Part shown: piece by piece, positions 34,389-45,204 of the stretch
Numbering within the stretch: the first letter of the stretch is position 1
Layout: every line of letters starts with the position of its first letter
Source of the DNA: Syntrophomonadaceae bacterium
GTDB lineage: Bacteria > Bacillota > Syntrophomonadia > Syntrophomonadales > Syntrophothermaceae
Length of the DNA: 64,000 nt
Assembly (NCBI GenBank): GCA_012799365.1
Contig: JAAZLJ010000087.1
Span: 393 to 64,392, forward strand
Direction: 5' to 3'
Notes under the pieces: generated by a model
Databases searched by the model: none
The model's input: only the letters and a program-made list of their open reading frames with translations
What the model was told of the DNA's origin: nothing
Made by a program: the position numbers and the translations under genes

Positions 34389-35318
34389 ATGAACGGTACG
34401 GAAAGGGAACATTCGGGGATACAAAGGAATGGGGTATTAAGGGTTAGTGGTGTAGCTGTGGCCATTTTTCTGATAGTGGCCGCTATCGGGGTACTGATAT
34501 GGTTGTCTACCGGGTATATCCAGCATCTGGTGATAGCGGGGTTGGTAGCACTGCTTCTGGCCTGGTCGATCAGAATTGCGGACCAGTGGGAGCGGGTAGT
34601 GGTTCTGCGTTTAGGCCGATTTCAGAAACTGGCCGGACCAGGTTTTTTCCTGATTATACCGATTGTCGACGAGACTCCCATCTGGATTGATATGCGTATT
34701 CGTACTACTTTTTTTGCCGCCGAAAAAACCTTAACCCGGGATAATGTTCCGGTTAATGTAGATGCGGTAATGTTCTGGATGGTAAACGACCCTATGAAAG
34801 CGGCTCTGGAGGTGGAGGAATACCAACGGGCAGTCTTCTGGGCGGCGCAGACGGCTTTACGCGATATAATCGGTAAGACCGAGCTGTATGCTATGCTGGC
34901 GGGGAGGGAGCAGCTCGACGAGGAACTGGAACGCATGATAGATCAGCGTACGGAACCCTGGGGGGTAGAGGTACGCTCGGTGGAGATCAGGGATGTGATG
35001 ATACCTACTGAATTACAGGATGCTATGTCGCGGGAGGCCCAGGCAGAGCGGGAGAGAAGAGCGCGCATCATCCTGGGGACGGCGGAGCTGGAGATAGCCG
35101 ACAAGTTTGCCCAGGCGTCTTTGAAGTACCACGATAACCCGGAAGCTTTCAGCTTGCGGGCTATGAATATTTTATATGAGGGGCTCAAGGAAAAGGCGTC
35201 ACTGGTTATCGTTCCCAGTGATATGGTGCATGCACTGAATCCGGGTAATATTCTGGGCTATGTGGCTCATAAGGAAATCACAGATGAGAAAGGGCAAAAA
35301 CCGGAGAGCACATCCTGA
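34389..35318 (+). CDS. SPFH/Band 7 (stomatin-like) membrane protein
   Basis: VVLRLGRFQKLAGPGFFLIIPIVD. Ala/Glu/Arg-rich C-terminal coiled region. ATG at 34389 after GAGGAGGTGG (track GTG at 34380). Confidence 0.88.
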   Translation: MNGTEREHSGIQRNGVLRVSGVAVAIFLIVAAIGVLIWLSTGYIQHLVIAGLVALLLAWSIRIADQWERVVVLRLGRFQKLAGPGFFLIIPIVDETPIWIDMRIRTTFFAAEKTLTRDNVPVNVDAVMFWMVNDPMKAALEVEEYQRAVFWAAQTALRDIIGKTELYAMLAGREQLDEELERMIDQRTEPWGVEVRSVEIRDVMIPTELQDAMSREAQAERERRARIILGTAELEIADKFAQASLKYHDNPEAFSLRAMNILYEGLKEKASLVIVPSDMVHALNPGNILGYVAHKEITDEKGQKPESTS

Positions 35319-35339
35319 ACATGTGCTCTCCGACCAGTC

Positions 35340-35458
35340 GATAGTCTTAGCAGACGTCCATGATACCGTAGGTATCACCATCAGAGAATGAAAACAGCAC
35401 GGTTATGGAGTGTGGTTAACCCGCTCGCTCCCGGACTTGTCGACTGCAGTATATGATA
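35340..35458 (-). repeat. Mosaic intergenic repeat (C-B modules, reverse orientation)
   Basis: Hairpin TGATACC-GTA-GGTATCA at 35361-35377; GGTTAACCCGCTCGCTCCCGGACTTGTCGACTGCAGTAT. Confidence 0.9.
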
Positions 35459-35459
35459 C

Positions 35460-35915
35460 CTATATATTCCCCTGGGGATAGGCGTAGATAGTATTAGGCT
35501 CGGGGGCCCAATTGTAGACCAGTAGTTCATCCAGGACATAGTTCAAGGTTTCTTCATATTCGGGGTATCTCTCATCTTCCGGATCAAATTTCGGTTTGAT
35601 TTCCATCACATAAACCGGGACTTCCATCCAGTTCATATATTTTAGTTCCTGCAGTCCTTCGTTTTCCAGGAACTGCAGTTCATCTATGCGGATGGAAAAG
35701 GGGCCATTGCCGTATCCTTCGCGGTCGCGGGCCACATGTGCCTTGAGTCGATCCAGGAAGGCATTCAACAGGCGTTCTTTTTCTGCACTGACCAGGTATT
35801 GATACAGGATATCGTGAATTTCCTTGATCAGTACCAGGGAAGTGAGATTGGGTAGGGAAAGGTGTTTTTCCTCCCGCAAAAACTTGAGTTCAAACAGGTT
35901 ATCTTTTTTTAGCAT
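35460..35915 (-). CDS. Hypothetical protein
   Basis: 151-aa acidic ORF with ATG start; no recognisable motif. Confidence 0.55.
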   Translation of the reverse strand: MLKKDNLFELKFLREEKHLSLPNLTSLVLIKEIHDILYQYLVSAEKERLLNAFLDRLKAHVARDREGYGNGPFSIRIDELQFLENEGLQELKYMNWMEVPVYVMEIKPKFDPEDERYPEYEETLNYVLDELLVYNWAPEPNTIYAYPQGNI

Positions 35916-36064
35916 GAATGTCAGCTCCTTAGACTGTTTTCCGTATTATTAGTTAGTTGGCGACAAATTATATGGTTCGTCATTCGTGGCGAGAATCCTT
36001 TTTATCCGTCGCCCCAAATAATTGGATAACTTATTGGATAGTTTAATTGAATAGTTCGTGGTAC

Positions 36065-36099
36065 TTGACGATAGCCGGGGATTTATTCTATTATATAAT
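36065..36099 (+). promoter_or_regulatory. Candidate promoter of tRNA-Gly
   Basis: TTGACG at 36065-36070. Overlapping -10 candidates TATTAT (36089-36094, 18-nt spacer) and TATAAT (36094-36099). Confidence 0.55.
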
Positions 36100-36115
36100 G
36101 TGTCGTAAGACTGAT

Positions 36116-36190
36116 GCGGAAGTAGCTCAGTGGTAGAGCATCGCCTTGCCAAGGCGAGGGTCGCGAGTTCGAATCCCGTCTTCCGCTCCA
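36116..36190 (+). tRNA. tRNA-Gly (anticodon GCC), CCA encoded
   Basis: Manual cloverleaf: acceptor GCGGAAG/CTTCCGC, anticodon loop TTGCCAA, T-loop TTCGAAT. There is one A-C mismatch in the T-stem. Confidence 0.9.
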
Positions 36191-36201
36191 AACGAAACTG
36201 T

Positions 36202-36233
36202 ACCTCGGCTCAGGCCGAGGTGTTGTATTTTTG
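36202..36233 (+). terminator. Terminator after tRNA-Gly
   Basis: ACCTCGGC-TCAG-GCCGAGGT followed by GTTGTATTTTTG. Confidence 0.7.
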
Positions 36234-36378
36234 TTGTCTTTAGGGTAAATTCTTAGGAAGGACATTTTCTCTGGTTGTAGAATGTTAATAACACGGGGGG
36301 TTGAGGTATATTTATCTGGGGTTCGTAAAATACCTGGGCATCCTAACATACCATATATTAGAACAGGAGGAAGCATAA

Positions 36379-37713
36379 ATGAAATCGAGGCTGGAAAGAA
36401 TAGAGAAGAATGAGGTGAACCTGGAAATTGAGGTCCCCGTGGAACAGGTGGAGGCAGCACTGGATCGGGCCTATAAAAAGATTCTCCCTCGGATATCTTT
36501 ACCCGGGTTCCGCAAGGGGCGGGTGCCCAGACCGGTTTTGGAATCTTATTACGGGAAGGAAATCTTATATGAAGAGGCTCTGGAAGAATTAATTCCGGAG
36601 GCTTTAGAACATGCAGTAGAAGAAAACGGTATCGAGCCTGTCAGTCAACCGGATCTCGACGTAACCCAGATGGAAGAAGGTAAACCTTTGATATTCAGCG
36701 CCCGGATAGTGGTGAAACCGGAGGTAACTCTGGGACAGATAGAGGGCATAGAAGCAACTATACCGAAAGTGCAGATTACCGACGCTGACGTCGAAAATCG
36801 GCTTGAAGCCATGAGGCAGCGGTATGCCCGTCTGGTAGAGATTGACCCGGATAGCCCGGCTCGGGAGCAGGATGTTCTTACCATTGATTTTAAAGGCTAC
36901 ATAGATGGTGAACCTTTCCCCGGTGGGGAAGGAGAGGACTACTCACTGGAACTGGGTTCCGGAACCTTTATTCCCGGCTTCGAAGAGCAGTTAGTAGGAG
37001 TTAAAATTGGGGAAGAAAAAGAGGTCAAGGTGAGTTTCCCTGATGATTATCATGCCTCGGAGCTGGCGGGAGTGGAGGCGGTATTCAAGGTGAACGTAAA
37101 GGAAGCCAAGCGTCGTGAATTAAGTCCGCTGGATGACGATTTTGCCCAGGAGGTAAGTGATTTCGATACGCTGGAAGAACTACGGGATGATATCCGGCAG
37201 ACCCTGGAGAAGGTGGCTGACGAGCGCAAGAAACAATTTATAAGAGAGGAAGTAGTTAAAAAAGCGGCGGAATCAGCAGAGGTTGACATTCCTAACGAGA
37301 TGATTAATAATCAGGTCGATGTTATGCTGGGCCAGTTTGAGGAGCAACTGATGTACCAGGGCATTAATCTGGAAGGATATTTGCAGGCTACTGGCAGTAC
37401 CTTACAGGCAATTAGAGAGGATTTTAGTGAGGAGGCTGAGCAGGTAGTCCGTAATAACCTGGTTTTGGAGCAGGCGGCCGAACAACTGGATTTAGAAGTA
37501 ACCGAAGAAGATATGCACGAACAGATGAAAAAGGCAGCCGATGATTTTAACCTTAGTGTTGATGAAGTAAAACAAAGGCTGGCCGCTTCTGGAGAACGTA
37601 TTGAGCGTGCCCTGCTGCTGGATAAGGCCCTGGATTATATGGTGGAAAAAGCGGTGGTGGTGGAAAAAGAAGCAGTTGAAGAAGCAGCTGAAGAAACCAA
37701 ACCCGCCGAGTAA
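36379..37713 (+). CDS. tig: Trigger factor
   Basis: N-terminal ribosome-binding region (GFRKGRVP) and FKBP-type PPIase segment DFKGYIDGEPFPGG...GFEEQLVG; synteny with clpP-clpX. Confidence 0.93.
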   Translation: MKSRLERIEKNEVNLEIEVPVEQVEAALDRAYKKILPRISLPGFRKGRVPRPVLESYYGKEILYEEALEELIPEALEHAVEENGIEPVSQPDLDVTQMEEGKPLIFSARIVVKPEVTLGQIEGIEATIPKVQITDADVENRLEAMRQRYARLVEIDPDSPAREQDVLTIDFKGYIDGEPFPGGEGEDYSLELGSGTFIPGFEEQLVGVKIGEEKEVKVSFPDDYHASELAGVEAVFKVNVKEAKRRELSPLDDDFAQEVSDFDTLEELRDDIRQTLEKVADERKKQFIREEVVKKAAESAEVDIPNEMINNQVDVMLGQFEEQLMYQGINLEGYLQATGSTLQAIREDFSEEAEQVVRNNLVLEQAAEQLDLEVTEEDMHEQMKKAADDFNLSVDEVKQRLAASGERIERALLLDKALDYMVEKAVVVEKEAVEEAAEETKPAE

Positions 37714-37755
37714 AATAAAATTATCGAACATGGTTCTGATGAGGAGTGAATAGTT

Positions 37756-38358
37756 ATGTCTTACCTGGTACCGATGGTGGTGGAACAGACTAATCGTGGA
37801 GAAAGAGCTTATGACATATATTCCCGTCTTTTAAAAGACCGGATAGTGTTTTTGGGTAGCCCGATTGATGATCAGGTCGCAAATCTGATAATAGCGCAGT
37901 TCCTATTTTTGGAAGCCGAGGCTCCGGAGAAAGATATCCATTTCTATATCAACAGTCCCGGAGGTTCAATTACGTCTGGAATGGCTATATATGATACCAT
38001 GCAATATATAAGGCCAGATGTTACCACCATCTGTGTGGGTATGGCTGCCAGTATGGGAGCTTTTCTACTGACGGCCGGGGCCCCGGGCAAGAGGTTTGCG
38101 CTGCCTAACAGTGAAATCATGATACACCAGCCGCTGGGAGGCACTCAGGGTCAGGCAACCGATATTGCAATCCATGCCCGTCGGATTATGAATCTCAAGC
38201 AGCGTTTGAACCAGATCCTGGCCGAAAGGACCGGCCAGAAGCTGGCAAAGATAGAAAGGGACGTAGAGCGTGATTTTTTCATGACCGCAGAGGAGGCCAA
38301 AGCATACGGGATCATCGATGACATTTTCCATGAAGCCCAACGCGGAGGGAAGAGGTAG
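37756..38358 (+). CDS. clpP: ATP-dependent Clp protease proteolytic subunit
   Basis: [16 protein letters not shown] and MIHQPLGG catalytic motifs. Confidence 0.95.
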   Translation: MSYLVPMVVEQTNRGERAYDIYSRLLKDRIVFLGSPIDDQVANLIIAQFLFLEAEAPEKDIHFYINSPGGSITSGMAIYDTMQYIRPDVTTICVGMAASMGAFLLTAGAPGKRFALPNSEIMIHQPLGGTQGQATDIAIHARRIMNLKQRLNQILAERTGQKLAKIERDVERDFFMTAEEAKAYGIIDDIFHEAQRGGKR

Positions 38359-38381
38359 CTCTTGTAAAGAGAGGTGAGGTC

Positions 38382-39635
38382 ATGCAGAGGTACAATAGTG
38401 AGGAGAGAGGACAACTGAAGTGTTCTTTTTGTGGTAAGACCCAGGACCAGGTCAGGAAGCTGGTTGCCGGCCCGGGAGTATACATTTGTGACGAGTGTAT
38501 AGAGCTATGTAACGAAATTATCGAGGAAGAACTGGCAGAAGATTTTGGGTTTGACATTGGGGATATTCCTAAACCCCAGGAAATTCGAGATATCTTGGAT
38601 CAATATGTGGTTGGTCAGGATAAAGCCAAAAAGACCCTGTCGGTAGCGGTATACAATCACTATAAGCGTATCAATCTGGGCATGAAGATGGACGATGTGG
38701 AGCTGCAAAAGAGTAATATCCTTATGTTGGGGCCGACCGGTAGCGGTAAGACGTTACTGGCACAGACCCTGGCCAAGATATTGAATGTTCCGTTTGCTAT
38801 CGCCGATGCAACCTCACTAACTGAAGCCGGTTATGTGGGGGAAGATGTAGAGAATATTCTGCTCAAGCTGATACAGGCGGCTGATTATGACATTGAAAAG
38901 GCTGAAAAAGGTATTGTCTACATCGATGAAATTGACAAAATTGCTCGTAAAATGGATAATCCTTCGATTACCCGTGATGTCTCCGGTGAAGGGGTACAGC
39001 AGGCCTTGTTGAAAATCCTGGAAGGGACTGTGGCCAGTGTTCCTCCTCAGGGAGGTAGAAAGCACCCGCATCAGGAGTTTATTCAGGTAGATACCAGCAA
39101 TATTCTGTTTATCTGCGGGGGTGCATTTGAGGGTGTGGATAAGATCATCCTGCAGCGCACGGGACACAAAGGCATTGGTTTTGGGGCTGAGATCAAGACC
39201 CGAAAGGAACGGAAAATAGGAGAGATTTTGGAACAGATTCTGCCACAGGACCTGCTGAAGTATGGTTTGATTCCCGAATTTGTAGGCCGGGTTCCTATTG
39301 TGGTTACCCTGGAGGCTCTGGATGAGCCGGCCTTAATCCGTATATTGACTGAGCCCAAGAATGCGCTGGTGCGGCAGTATCAAAAGCTGTTCGATATGGA
39401 CGGAGTGATGCTGGAATTCACTGAAGAAGCGCTCAGGGCGGTGGCTGAAGAAGCTACACGCAGGAATACGGGGGCTCGTGGATTGCGAGCCATTCTAGAA
39501 GATATAATGCTGGATGTGATGTACGATATTCCTTCCCGGGTGGATGTAACCAAGTGTGTGGTAACCAGGGATGTAGTGCATAAGAAGGAAAATCCCCTGT
39601 TAGTTACCGTAGAACCAAAAAGAAGGGTTAATTAA
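38382..39635 (+). CDS. clpX: ATP-dependent Clp protease ATP-binding subunit ClpX
   Basis: Zinc ribbon CSFCGK...CDEC; Walker A GPTGSGKT. Confidence 0.95.
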   Translation: MQRYNSEERGQLKCSFCGKTQDQVRKLVAGPGVYICDECIELCNEIIEEELAEDFGFDIGDIPKPQEIRDILDQYVVGQDKAKKTLSVAVYNHYKRINLGMKMDDVELQKSNILMLGPTGSGKTLLAQTLAKILNVPFAIADATSLTEAGYVGEDVENILLKLIQAADYDIEKAEKGIVYIDEIDKIARKMDNPSITRDVSGEGVQQALLKILEGTVASVPPQGGRKHPHQEFIQVDTSNILFICGGAFEGVDKIILQRTGHKGIGFGAEIKTRKERKIGEILEQILPQDLLKYGLIPEFVGRVPIVVTLEALDEPALIRILTEPKNALVRQYQKLFDMDGVMLEFTEEALRAVAEEATRRNTGARGLRAILEDIMLDVMYDIPSRVDVTKCVVTRDVVHKKENPLLVTVEPKRRVN

Positions 39636-39638
39636 GAG

Positions 39639-39665
39639 CGGCAGGAAAAACTGCCGTTTTTTTCT
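39639..39665 (+). terminator. Rho-independent terminator after clpX
   Basis: CGGCAG-GAAAAA-CTGCCG followed by TTTTTTT. Confidence 0.75.
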
Positions 39666-39746
39666 TTCCCCCTATCCTGATCAAACTGACGGCTTTGGAT
39701 ATAATATGAACACTGCTATAGATAAGAACTTTACGAAAAGGATGGG

Positions 39747-41429
39747 GTGGATGTCTTGGCAAGTGTAGGTGGATTTTTCTACCTGGTTCAGTTCTTCTTT
39801 GCGGTAGTCATCGGGCTTTACTTCTGGAACCTGCTTAAAAAGGAGAAAGGAAACAAAGCGGTGATTTTGCGGGATTCGGAGAAAGAACGGGATCGTCTGC
39901 GTAGACTTCGCTCAATTTCACTTACCGAGCCGCTGTCCAGTCGAACTCGTCCTACCAGGTTTGAAGATATTGTGGGACAGGAAGAGGGGCTGGAAGCTCT
40001 GAAGGCGGCACTCTGTGGGCCCAACCCACAGCATGTTATAATTTACGGACCGCCGGGAGTGGGAAAGACGGCGGCGGCTCGTCTGGTGTTGGAAGCAGCC
40101 AAAGAAAATTCTTATTCACCGTTCAGCCAGCAGGCACAATTTGTGGAAATGGATGCCACCATCTGTCGATTTGATGAGCGCAGCATTGCCGACCCTCTTA
40201 TCGGTTCGGTTCACGATCCGATTTATCAGGGAGCGGGTGCTCTGGGGTTGGCAGGGATACCCCAGCCTAAACCGGGAGCGGTGACCAAGGCTCACGGTGG
40301 TATTCTTTTTATCGATGAGATCGGTGAACTGCACCCGGTACAAATCAATAAACTGCTGAAAGTACTGGAAGATCGCAAAGTGTTTCTGGAAAGTGCGTAC
40401 TATAGTCCGGAAGAAAAAAACATACCTTCCTACATTCACGATATATTTCAGAATGGTTTACCGGCTGATTTTCGTCTGGTGGGGGCTACCACCAGGAACC
40501 CGGAGGAATTGCCACCTGCTATCCGTTCTCGATGTATAGAAGTGTTTTTTCGTTCTCTGGAAGAGGCCGAGATCTATCTCATCGCTCGTGGGGCGGTGGA
40601 GAAAATCGGTATGGTCATTGAAGAAGGGGCCATACAGGAAATTACCCGGTTTGCTACCAACGGCCGCGAGGCCGTGAATATGGTGCAGTTGGCTGCGGGT
40701 ATGGCGGTTACCGCCGGGTTAAACCAAATCAGTCAGGAAGTCGTAGAGAAGGTTCTCAATAATGGTCGATTTACTCCGCGTCACGAGTTCAAGGTAGCTG
40801 ATAGGCCGCAAGTAGGGGTAGTAAACGGGCTGGCTGTTTATGGAGCCAATCAGGGAAGTGTTATTGAAATCGAGGCTTGTGCCATCCAGGTTAAAAAAGG
40901 TAAAGGCCGGTGGAACGTTACCGGTGTGATTGAAGAGGAAGAATTTACGGGATTAAGCCGCACTTTAAAACGCAAGAGTATGGCCCGGGGCGCGGTGGAA
41001 AATGCCTTAACTGCTTTGCGGCGGGTCTACGGGCTGGATCCATCAAATTACGATATTCATATTAATTTACCGGGTGGGGTGCCCGTGGACGGGCCGTCAG
41101 CGGGAGTGGCAATAGCTACGGCGATTTATTCGTCGATATACGGGGTGTCAGCTGATAACCGGGTGGCTATGACCGGAGAGGTTTCAGTAATGGGCAGAGT
41201 AAAACCGGTTGGAGGGGTTATGACTAAGATCGAGGCTGCGCAGCGGGCCGGAATTGCGAAAGTCATCATACCCAGAGATAATTGGTTAAAAGTTTTCCAT
41301 AAATTCGAGAATATAGAGATAGTATCAGTAGAACATCTGGATCAGGTGATGGAATGTGCCTTGATGCATACCGGAGAAAACGAACAATTTCCTGCCAAAC
41401 TTTATGCCGGCTATTGTGTTCAGTGCTAA
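39747..41429 (+). CDS. lonB: ATP-dependent protease LonB (sporulation type)
   Basis: N-terminal TM segment, GPPGVGKT and DGPSAG. Position between clpX and lon as in Bacillus. Confidence 0.88.
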   Translation: MDVLASVGGFFYLVQFFFAVVIGLYFWNLLKKEKGNKAVILRDSEKERDRLRRLRSISLTEPLSSRTRPTRFEDIVGQEEGLEALKAALCGPNPQHVIIYGPPGVGKTAAARLVLEAAKENSYSPFSQQAQFVEMDATICRFDERSIADPLIGSVHDPIYQGAGALGLAGIPQPKPGAVTKAHGGILFIDEIGELHPVQINKLLKVLEDRKVFLESAYYSPEEKNIPSYIHDIFQNGLPADFRLVGATTRNPEELPPAIRSRCIEVFFRSLEEAEIYLIARGAVEKIGMVIEEGAIQEITRFATNGREAVNMVQLAAGMAVTAGLNQISQEVVEKVLNNGRFTPRHEFKVADRPQVGVVNGLAVYGANQGSVIEIEACAIQVKKGKGRWNVTGVIEEEEFTGLSRTLKRKSMARGAVENALTALRRVYGLDPSNYDIHINLPGGVPVDGPSAGVAIATAIYSSIYGVSADNRVAMTGEVSVMGRVKPVGGVMTKIEAAQRAGIAKVIIPRDNWLKVFHKFENIEIVSVEHLDQVMECALMHTGENEQFPAKLYAGYCVQC

Positions 41430-41609
41430 AATTATTGAAGTGGGGGCGGTTTTTAGTATTTATCGTCCCTATCATCTATTTCTTCCATTATTTTTGTCAT
41501 GACGGTAGACAAATTACCTGGTAAAATACAATAAATGAAGTCAAGGGAGGCCAGCAGGTCTCCTTTCTTTAATGTAACCGTCGATTAATTGCTTCCGACC
41601 GCCGATTTG

Positions 41610-41638
41610 TTGCACCCATCCCTTACATATAGTAGAAT
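41610..41638 (+). promoter_or_regulatory. Candidate sigma-A promoter of lon (TTGCAC, 17 nt, TAGAAT)
   Basis: TTGCAC at 41610-41615 and TAGAAT at 41633-41638. Confidence 0.5.
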
Positions 41639-41671
41639 ATATTTGCGGTTTAGCCGTAGGAGGTGTGTTGG

Positions 41672-44011
41672 ATGCGCGAAGACAATCAACACTACTACCG
41701 TGAGATTCCTTTGCTGCCCCTGAGAGGAGTTTTGGTGTTTCCCTATATGGTGATTCACCTGGATGTGGGGCGGGAAAAGTCGATCAATGCCATAGAAGAA
41801 GCCATGCTGGAGGATAAAAAAATATTTTTAGCTACTCAGATAGAAGCACAAACAGATGATCCAGAAGAAGATGACATATACCAGGTAGGCACATTGGCAG
41901 AGATAAAACAGATACTAAAAATGCCCGGGGGCACGATGAGAGTGTTGGTGGAAGGGCTTCACCGGGCCGAAATTCAGGAGTATGTTAGTTATGAGCCGTT
42001 TTATAAGGTAGGTATCAGGGAGTTCAGGGAGCTCCCGGTGCAAAAGGTTCCTGAAGTCGAGGCCTTGATGAGAACCCTGGTTTATCAGTTTGAACAGTAT
42101 GTAAAATTAAGTAAAAAAATACCTCCCGAAACTGTAGTATCAGTGGTAGCCATTGAAGAACCAGGCTGTCTGGCAGATGTGATCGCTTCCCATCTTTCCC
42201 TGCGTATCAAAGAGAAGCAGTCCATACTGGAAGCGTTTGATCTTAAAAAGCGCCTGGAAATAATCTGTCAGATCCTGGCCAAGGAAATGGAAGTCCTCGA
42301 ATTGGAGAGGAAAATTAACATCCGGGTCAGGAAACAGATGGAAAAAACCCAGAAAGAGTATTATTTGCGGGAGCAGATGAAGGCCATCCAAAAAGAGCTG
42401 GGAGATAAAGATGATCGAGTAGCAGAGGGCCAGGAACTGCGCGAGAAGATCGCTGAGGCCAGCCTTCCCGAAGAAGTGGAGGAAAAAGCTCTCAAAGAGG
42501 TCGAACGGCTGGAGAAAATGCCACCGATGGTGGCTGAAGCCGTAGTAGTACGCAATTACCTTGACTGGCTGTTGTCTCTTCCCTGGTCAGTAGAAACCAG
42601 GGATCGGTTGGATCTGGAGATGGCAGAAAAGATTCTGAATGAGGATCATTATGGGTTGACCAAGCCCAAGGAAAGAATCCTGGAATACCTGGCCATTAGA
42701 AAACTAGCGCGAAAAATGAAAGGCCCTATTATATGTTTCATAGGTCCACCCGGGGTGGGGAAAACTTCGCTGGGTAAATCGATAGCTCGAGCTCTGGGAA
42801 GAAAATTTGTCCGCATGTCTCTGGGGGGCGTTAAAGATGAAGCCGAGATACGCGGTCACCGGCGTACCTACGTTGGATCCATGCCAGGAAGAATAATTCA
42901 AGGTATCAAACAAGCAGGTTCCCGTAATCCAGTATTTTTATTGGATGAAGTGGATAAGATGAACAGCGATTTTCGGGGCGACCCCTCCGCTGCCTTGCTG
43001 GAAGTATTGGATCCCGAACAGAACTATTATTTCAGCGACCATTACCTGGAGGTTCCCTTTGATCTCTCCAAGGTGATGTTCATCACTACCGCCAATGCGC
43101 CTCATAACATCCCCCAGCCTTTGCTGGACCGGATGGAGGTCATCTATATAGCGGGCTACACTGAGGAAGAGAAAACCCGGATTGCTCTGGATTATTTGGT
43201 GCCCAAACAGGTCAAGGAGCATGGGTTGAAGCCCCAGAACATCAAGTTTTCCGAAGGAGCTATTCGTAAACTTATTCGAGAGTACACTCGAGAAGCGGGA
43301 GTGCGCAATCTGGAACGTGAAGTAGCCAGTATTTGCCGTAAGACGGCGCGCGAGGTGGTCAAGGATAGGAACCGCCGTACCAGAGTAACTGTTTCTTCGG
43401 TTCCCGGCTTTCTGGGAGTAGAGAAATATCGCTATGGAGTGGCTGAAAAGGAAGATCAGGTAGGAGTGGCTACGGGTTTGGCCTGGACGGAGAGCGGTGG
43501 GGACACCCTTTCTATCGAGGTGGCTTTGATGCATGGTAAAGGGAAACTGCTGCTGACCGGTAAGTTGGGTGACGTTATGAAGGAGTCGGCGCAGGCCAGT
43601 TTGTCCTATGTACGGAGTAAGATTGAAGCTCTGCAGGAACTGGAGCCTGACTTCTACGAAAAATATGATATTCATCTGCATGTTCCGGAAGGAGCTATAC
43701 CAAAAGACGGTCCCTCAGCCGGTACTGCTTTAGCAACAGCTCTGGCATCCGCTTTAACCAAGCGTGCAGTTCGCAGCGATGTGGCTATGACTGGAGAAAT
43801 AACCTTGCGGGGACGGGTGCTGCCGGTAGGAGGAGTCAAAGAAAAAGTGTTGGCTGCCCATCGGGCAGGCATCGGCACGGTTATTCTGCCGGAGGATAAT
43901 AAAAAGGATCTGGAGGAAATACCCAATAACGTTAAACGAAAAATGGATTTTGTTTTGGTTGACCATATGGACAATGTGCTGGAAACAGCGTTGATCAATA
44001 ATGAAAATTAA
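41672..44011 (+). CDS. lon: ATP-dependent protease La (LonA)
   Basis: ATG at 41672 after TAGGAGGTG; LON N-domain, GPPGVGKTS and KDGPSAG. Confidence 0.95.
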   Translation: MREDNQHYYREIPLLPLRGVLVFPYMVIHLDVGREKSINAIEEAMLEDKKIFLATQIEAQTDDPEEDDIYQVGTLAEIKQILKMPGGTMRVLVEGLHRAEIQEYVSYEPFYKVGIREFRELPVQKVPEVEALMRTLVYQFEQYVKLSKKIPPETVVSVVAIEEPGCLADVIASHLSLRIKEKQSILEAFDLKKRLEIICQILAKEMEVLELERKINIRVRKQMEKTQKEYYLREQMKAIQKELGDKDDRVAEGQELREKIAEASLPEEVEEKALKEVERLEKMPPMVAEAVVVRNYLDWLLSLPWSVETRDRLDLEMAEKILNEDHYGLTKPKERILEYLAIRKLARKMKGPIICFIGPPGVGKTSLGKSIARALGRKFVRMSLGGVKDEAEIRGHRRTYVGSMPGRIIQGIKQAGSRNPVFLLDEVDKMNSDFRGDPSAALLEVLDPEQNYYFSDHYLEVPFDLSKVMFITTANAPHNIPQPLLDRMEVIYIAGYTEEEKTRIALDYLVPKQVKEHGLKPQNIKFSEGAIRKLIREYTREAGVRNLEREVASICRKTAREVVKDRNRRTRVTVSSVPGFLGVEKYRYGVAEKEDQVGVATGLAWTESGGDTLSIEVALMHGKGKLLLTGKLGDVMKESAQASLSYVRSKIEALQELEPDFYEKYDIHLHVPEGAIPKDGPSAGTALATALASALTKRAVRSDVAMTGEITLRGRVLPVGGVKEKVLAAHRAGIGTVILPEDNKKDLEEIPNNVKRKMDFVLVDHMDNVLETALINNEN

Positions 44012-44585
44012 AAAGGCCGAATATCAGGGGAGTTTTGTGGATCTTGCTTCATTGCCTGATTCGGGGTTACCGGAAATTGCTATGGCCGGCAGATCCAATG
44101 TGGGGAAGTCATCTTTGATAAATAAACTGGTTAACCGTAAACGCCTGGCTCATACCAGTTCAACTCCGGGCAAAACGAGGACCATCAACCTTTACCTGAT
44201 CGATGATAGCTGGTTTCTGGTGGACCTTCCCGGTTATGGTTATGCGAAAGTTTCCAAACAGGAACAGCAGCGGTGGGGTCAGGTGATCGAGGGATATTTA
44301 CAGACGCGTAGGCAGTTAGCAGGAGTGCTGCATCTGGTTGACCTGCGGCATGACCCGAGCCAAAATGACGTGATGATGAGTGAATGGTTGGAGTACTACG
44401 AAATTCCGTACCGGGTCGTGGCTACCAAAGCAGACAAGATTTCTCGGGGTAGGAGGGCGCAACAGCTGGTTCGCATCCGAAAAATCATGAGATTGAAGCA
44501 CCCGGCCATCAGTTTCTCGGCCATAACCGGGGAAGGTATGGAAGAGGTATATAGGGCAATAAAAGAATTGAAGCAGGGGAAATAA
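44001..44585 (+). CDS. engB: Ribosome biogenesis GTP-binding protein YsxC/EngB
   Basis: [20 protein letters not shown] and TKADK; overlaps the lon end. Confidence 0.92.
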   Translation: MKIKKAEYQGSFVDLASLPDSGLPEIAMAGRSNVGKSSLINKLVNRKRLAHTSSTPGKTRTINLYLIDDSWFLVDLPGYGYAKVSKQEQQRWGQVIEGYLQTRRQLAGVLHLVDLRHDPSQNDVMMSEWLEYYEIPYRVVATKADKISRGRRAQQLVRIRKIMRLKHPAISFSAITGEGMEEVYRAIKELKQGK

Positions 44586-44600
44586 AACCCCTGCTTTTTT
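44573..44600. terminator. Terminator between convergent engB and the ykuS-like gene
   Basis: GCAGGGG-8 nt loop-CCCCTGC followed by TTTTTT on the + strand. Confidence 0.7.
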
Positions 44601-44609
44601 GGTGTCTAT

Positions 44610-44864
44610 TTAGCTTTCTAAAACGCGCTTGATGCGCTGATAAATCTGTTCATCGGTTAGTCCGCTGGCGTCTATGACCGGAGCCGTAGTAGAGGTATTC
44701 TGCATGTTGAGGAAATTGTTGCTGTGGCCACTGACTACTACTGCATCGTAGTCGTTCAATGGGGCGGAACCCGGGGAATCAACGATGTTTACTTCGAAAC
44801 CTTTATTTTGGAGATACGAAGCAAAGGCGCTTAAGTTATCTTCTACGGCGATTTTAACGTCCAC
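44610..44864 (-). CDS. YkuS/UPF0180 family protein
   Basis: GTG at 44864 after GGAGGA gives VDVKIAVEDNLSAFASYLQNKGFEV...AVVVSG, resembling Bacillus YkuS. Confidence 0.7.
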   Translation of the reverse strand: MDVKIAVEDNLSAFASYLQNKGFEVNIVDSPGSAPLNDYDAVVVSGHSNNFLNMQNTSTTAPVIDASGLTDEQIYQRIKRVLES

Positions 44865-44933
44865 AGGTTTTCCTCCTTTCAATCTGAAATGTATCAAAGG
44901 TGGATCTTACGACCCACCTTTGTGTGTAAGTAC

Positions 44934-45110
44934 TAGAGTTGGTTCATAACTTGTTGACACGTATTTATACAGTTTTGAATCTGTTGTGCCGACTGCTGTA
45001 GATTAGATTTGGCTGTAGGGTTCTGCACCATATTTGCGGCCTGCTGCATTTCTGACATAGAAGTTTGACACCTCTGAATACACTGCTGGATCAGTTGTTT
45101 AGGTTCCATA
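44934..45110 (-). CDS. Small Gln/Cys-rich helical protein (58 aa, below the ORF-track cutoff)
   Basis: ATG 7 nt after GAGGAGGTG. MEPKQLIQQCIQRCQTSMSEMQQAANMVQNPTAKSNLQQSAQQIQNCINTCQQVMNQL. Hairpin AAAGGTGG...CCACCTTT lies downstream. Confidence 0.55.
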
Positions 45111-45204
45111 CGTAAATCACCTCCTCATCCATATAATTATGATTTGCAATTGAGCAGTAAATTATTCTAAAAAAAGCCCTCCACAGGGAGGGTCTCAAAA
45201 AGGA

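Noticed and set aside
42938-43681. 247-aa minus-strand ORF inside lon
   Set aside because: It is antisense to the unambiguous Lon protease gene, so it is a shadow ORF.
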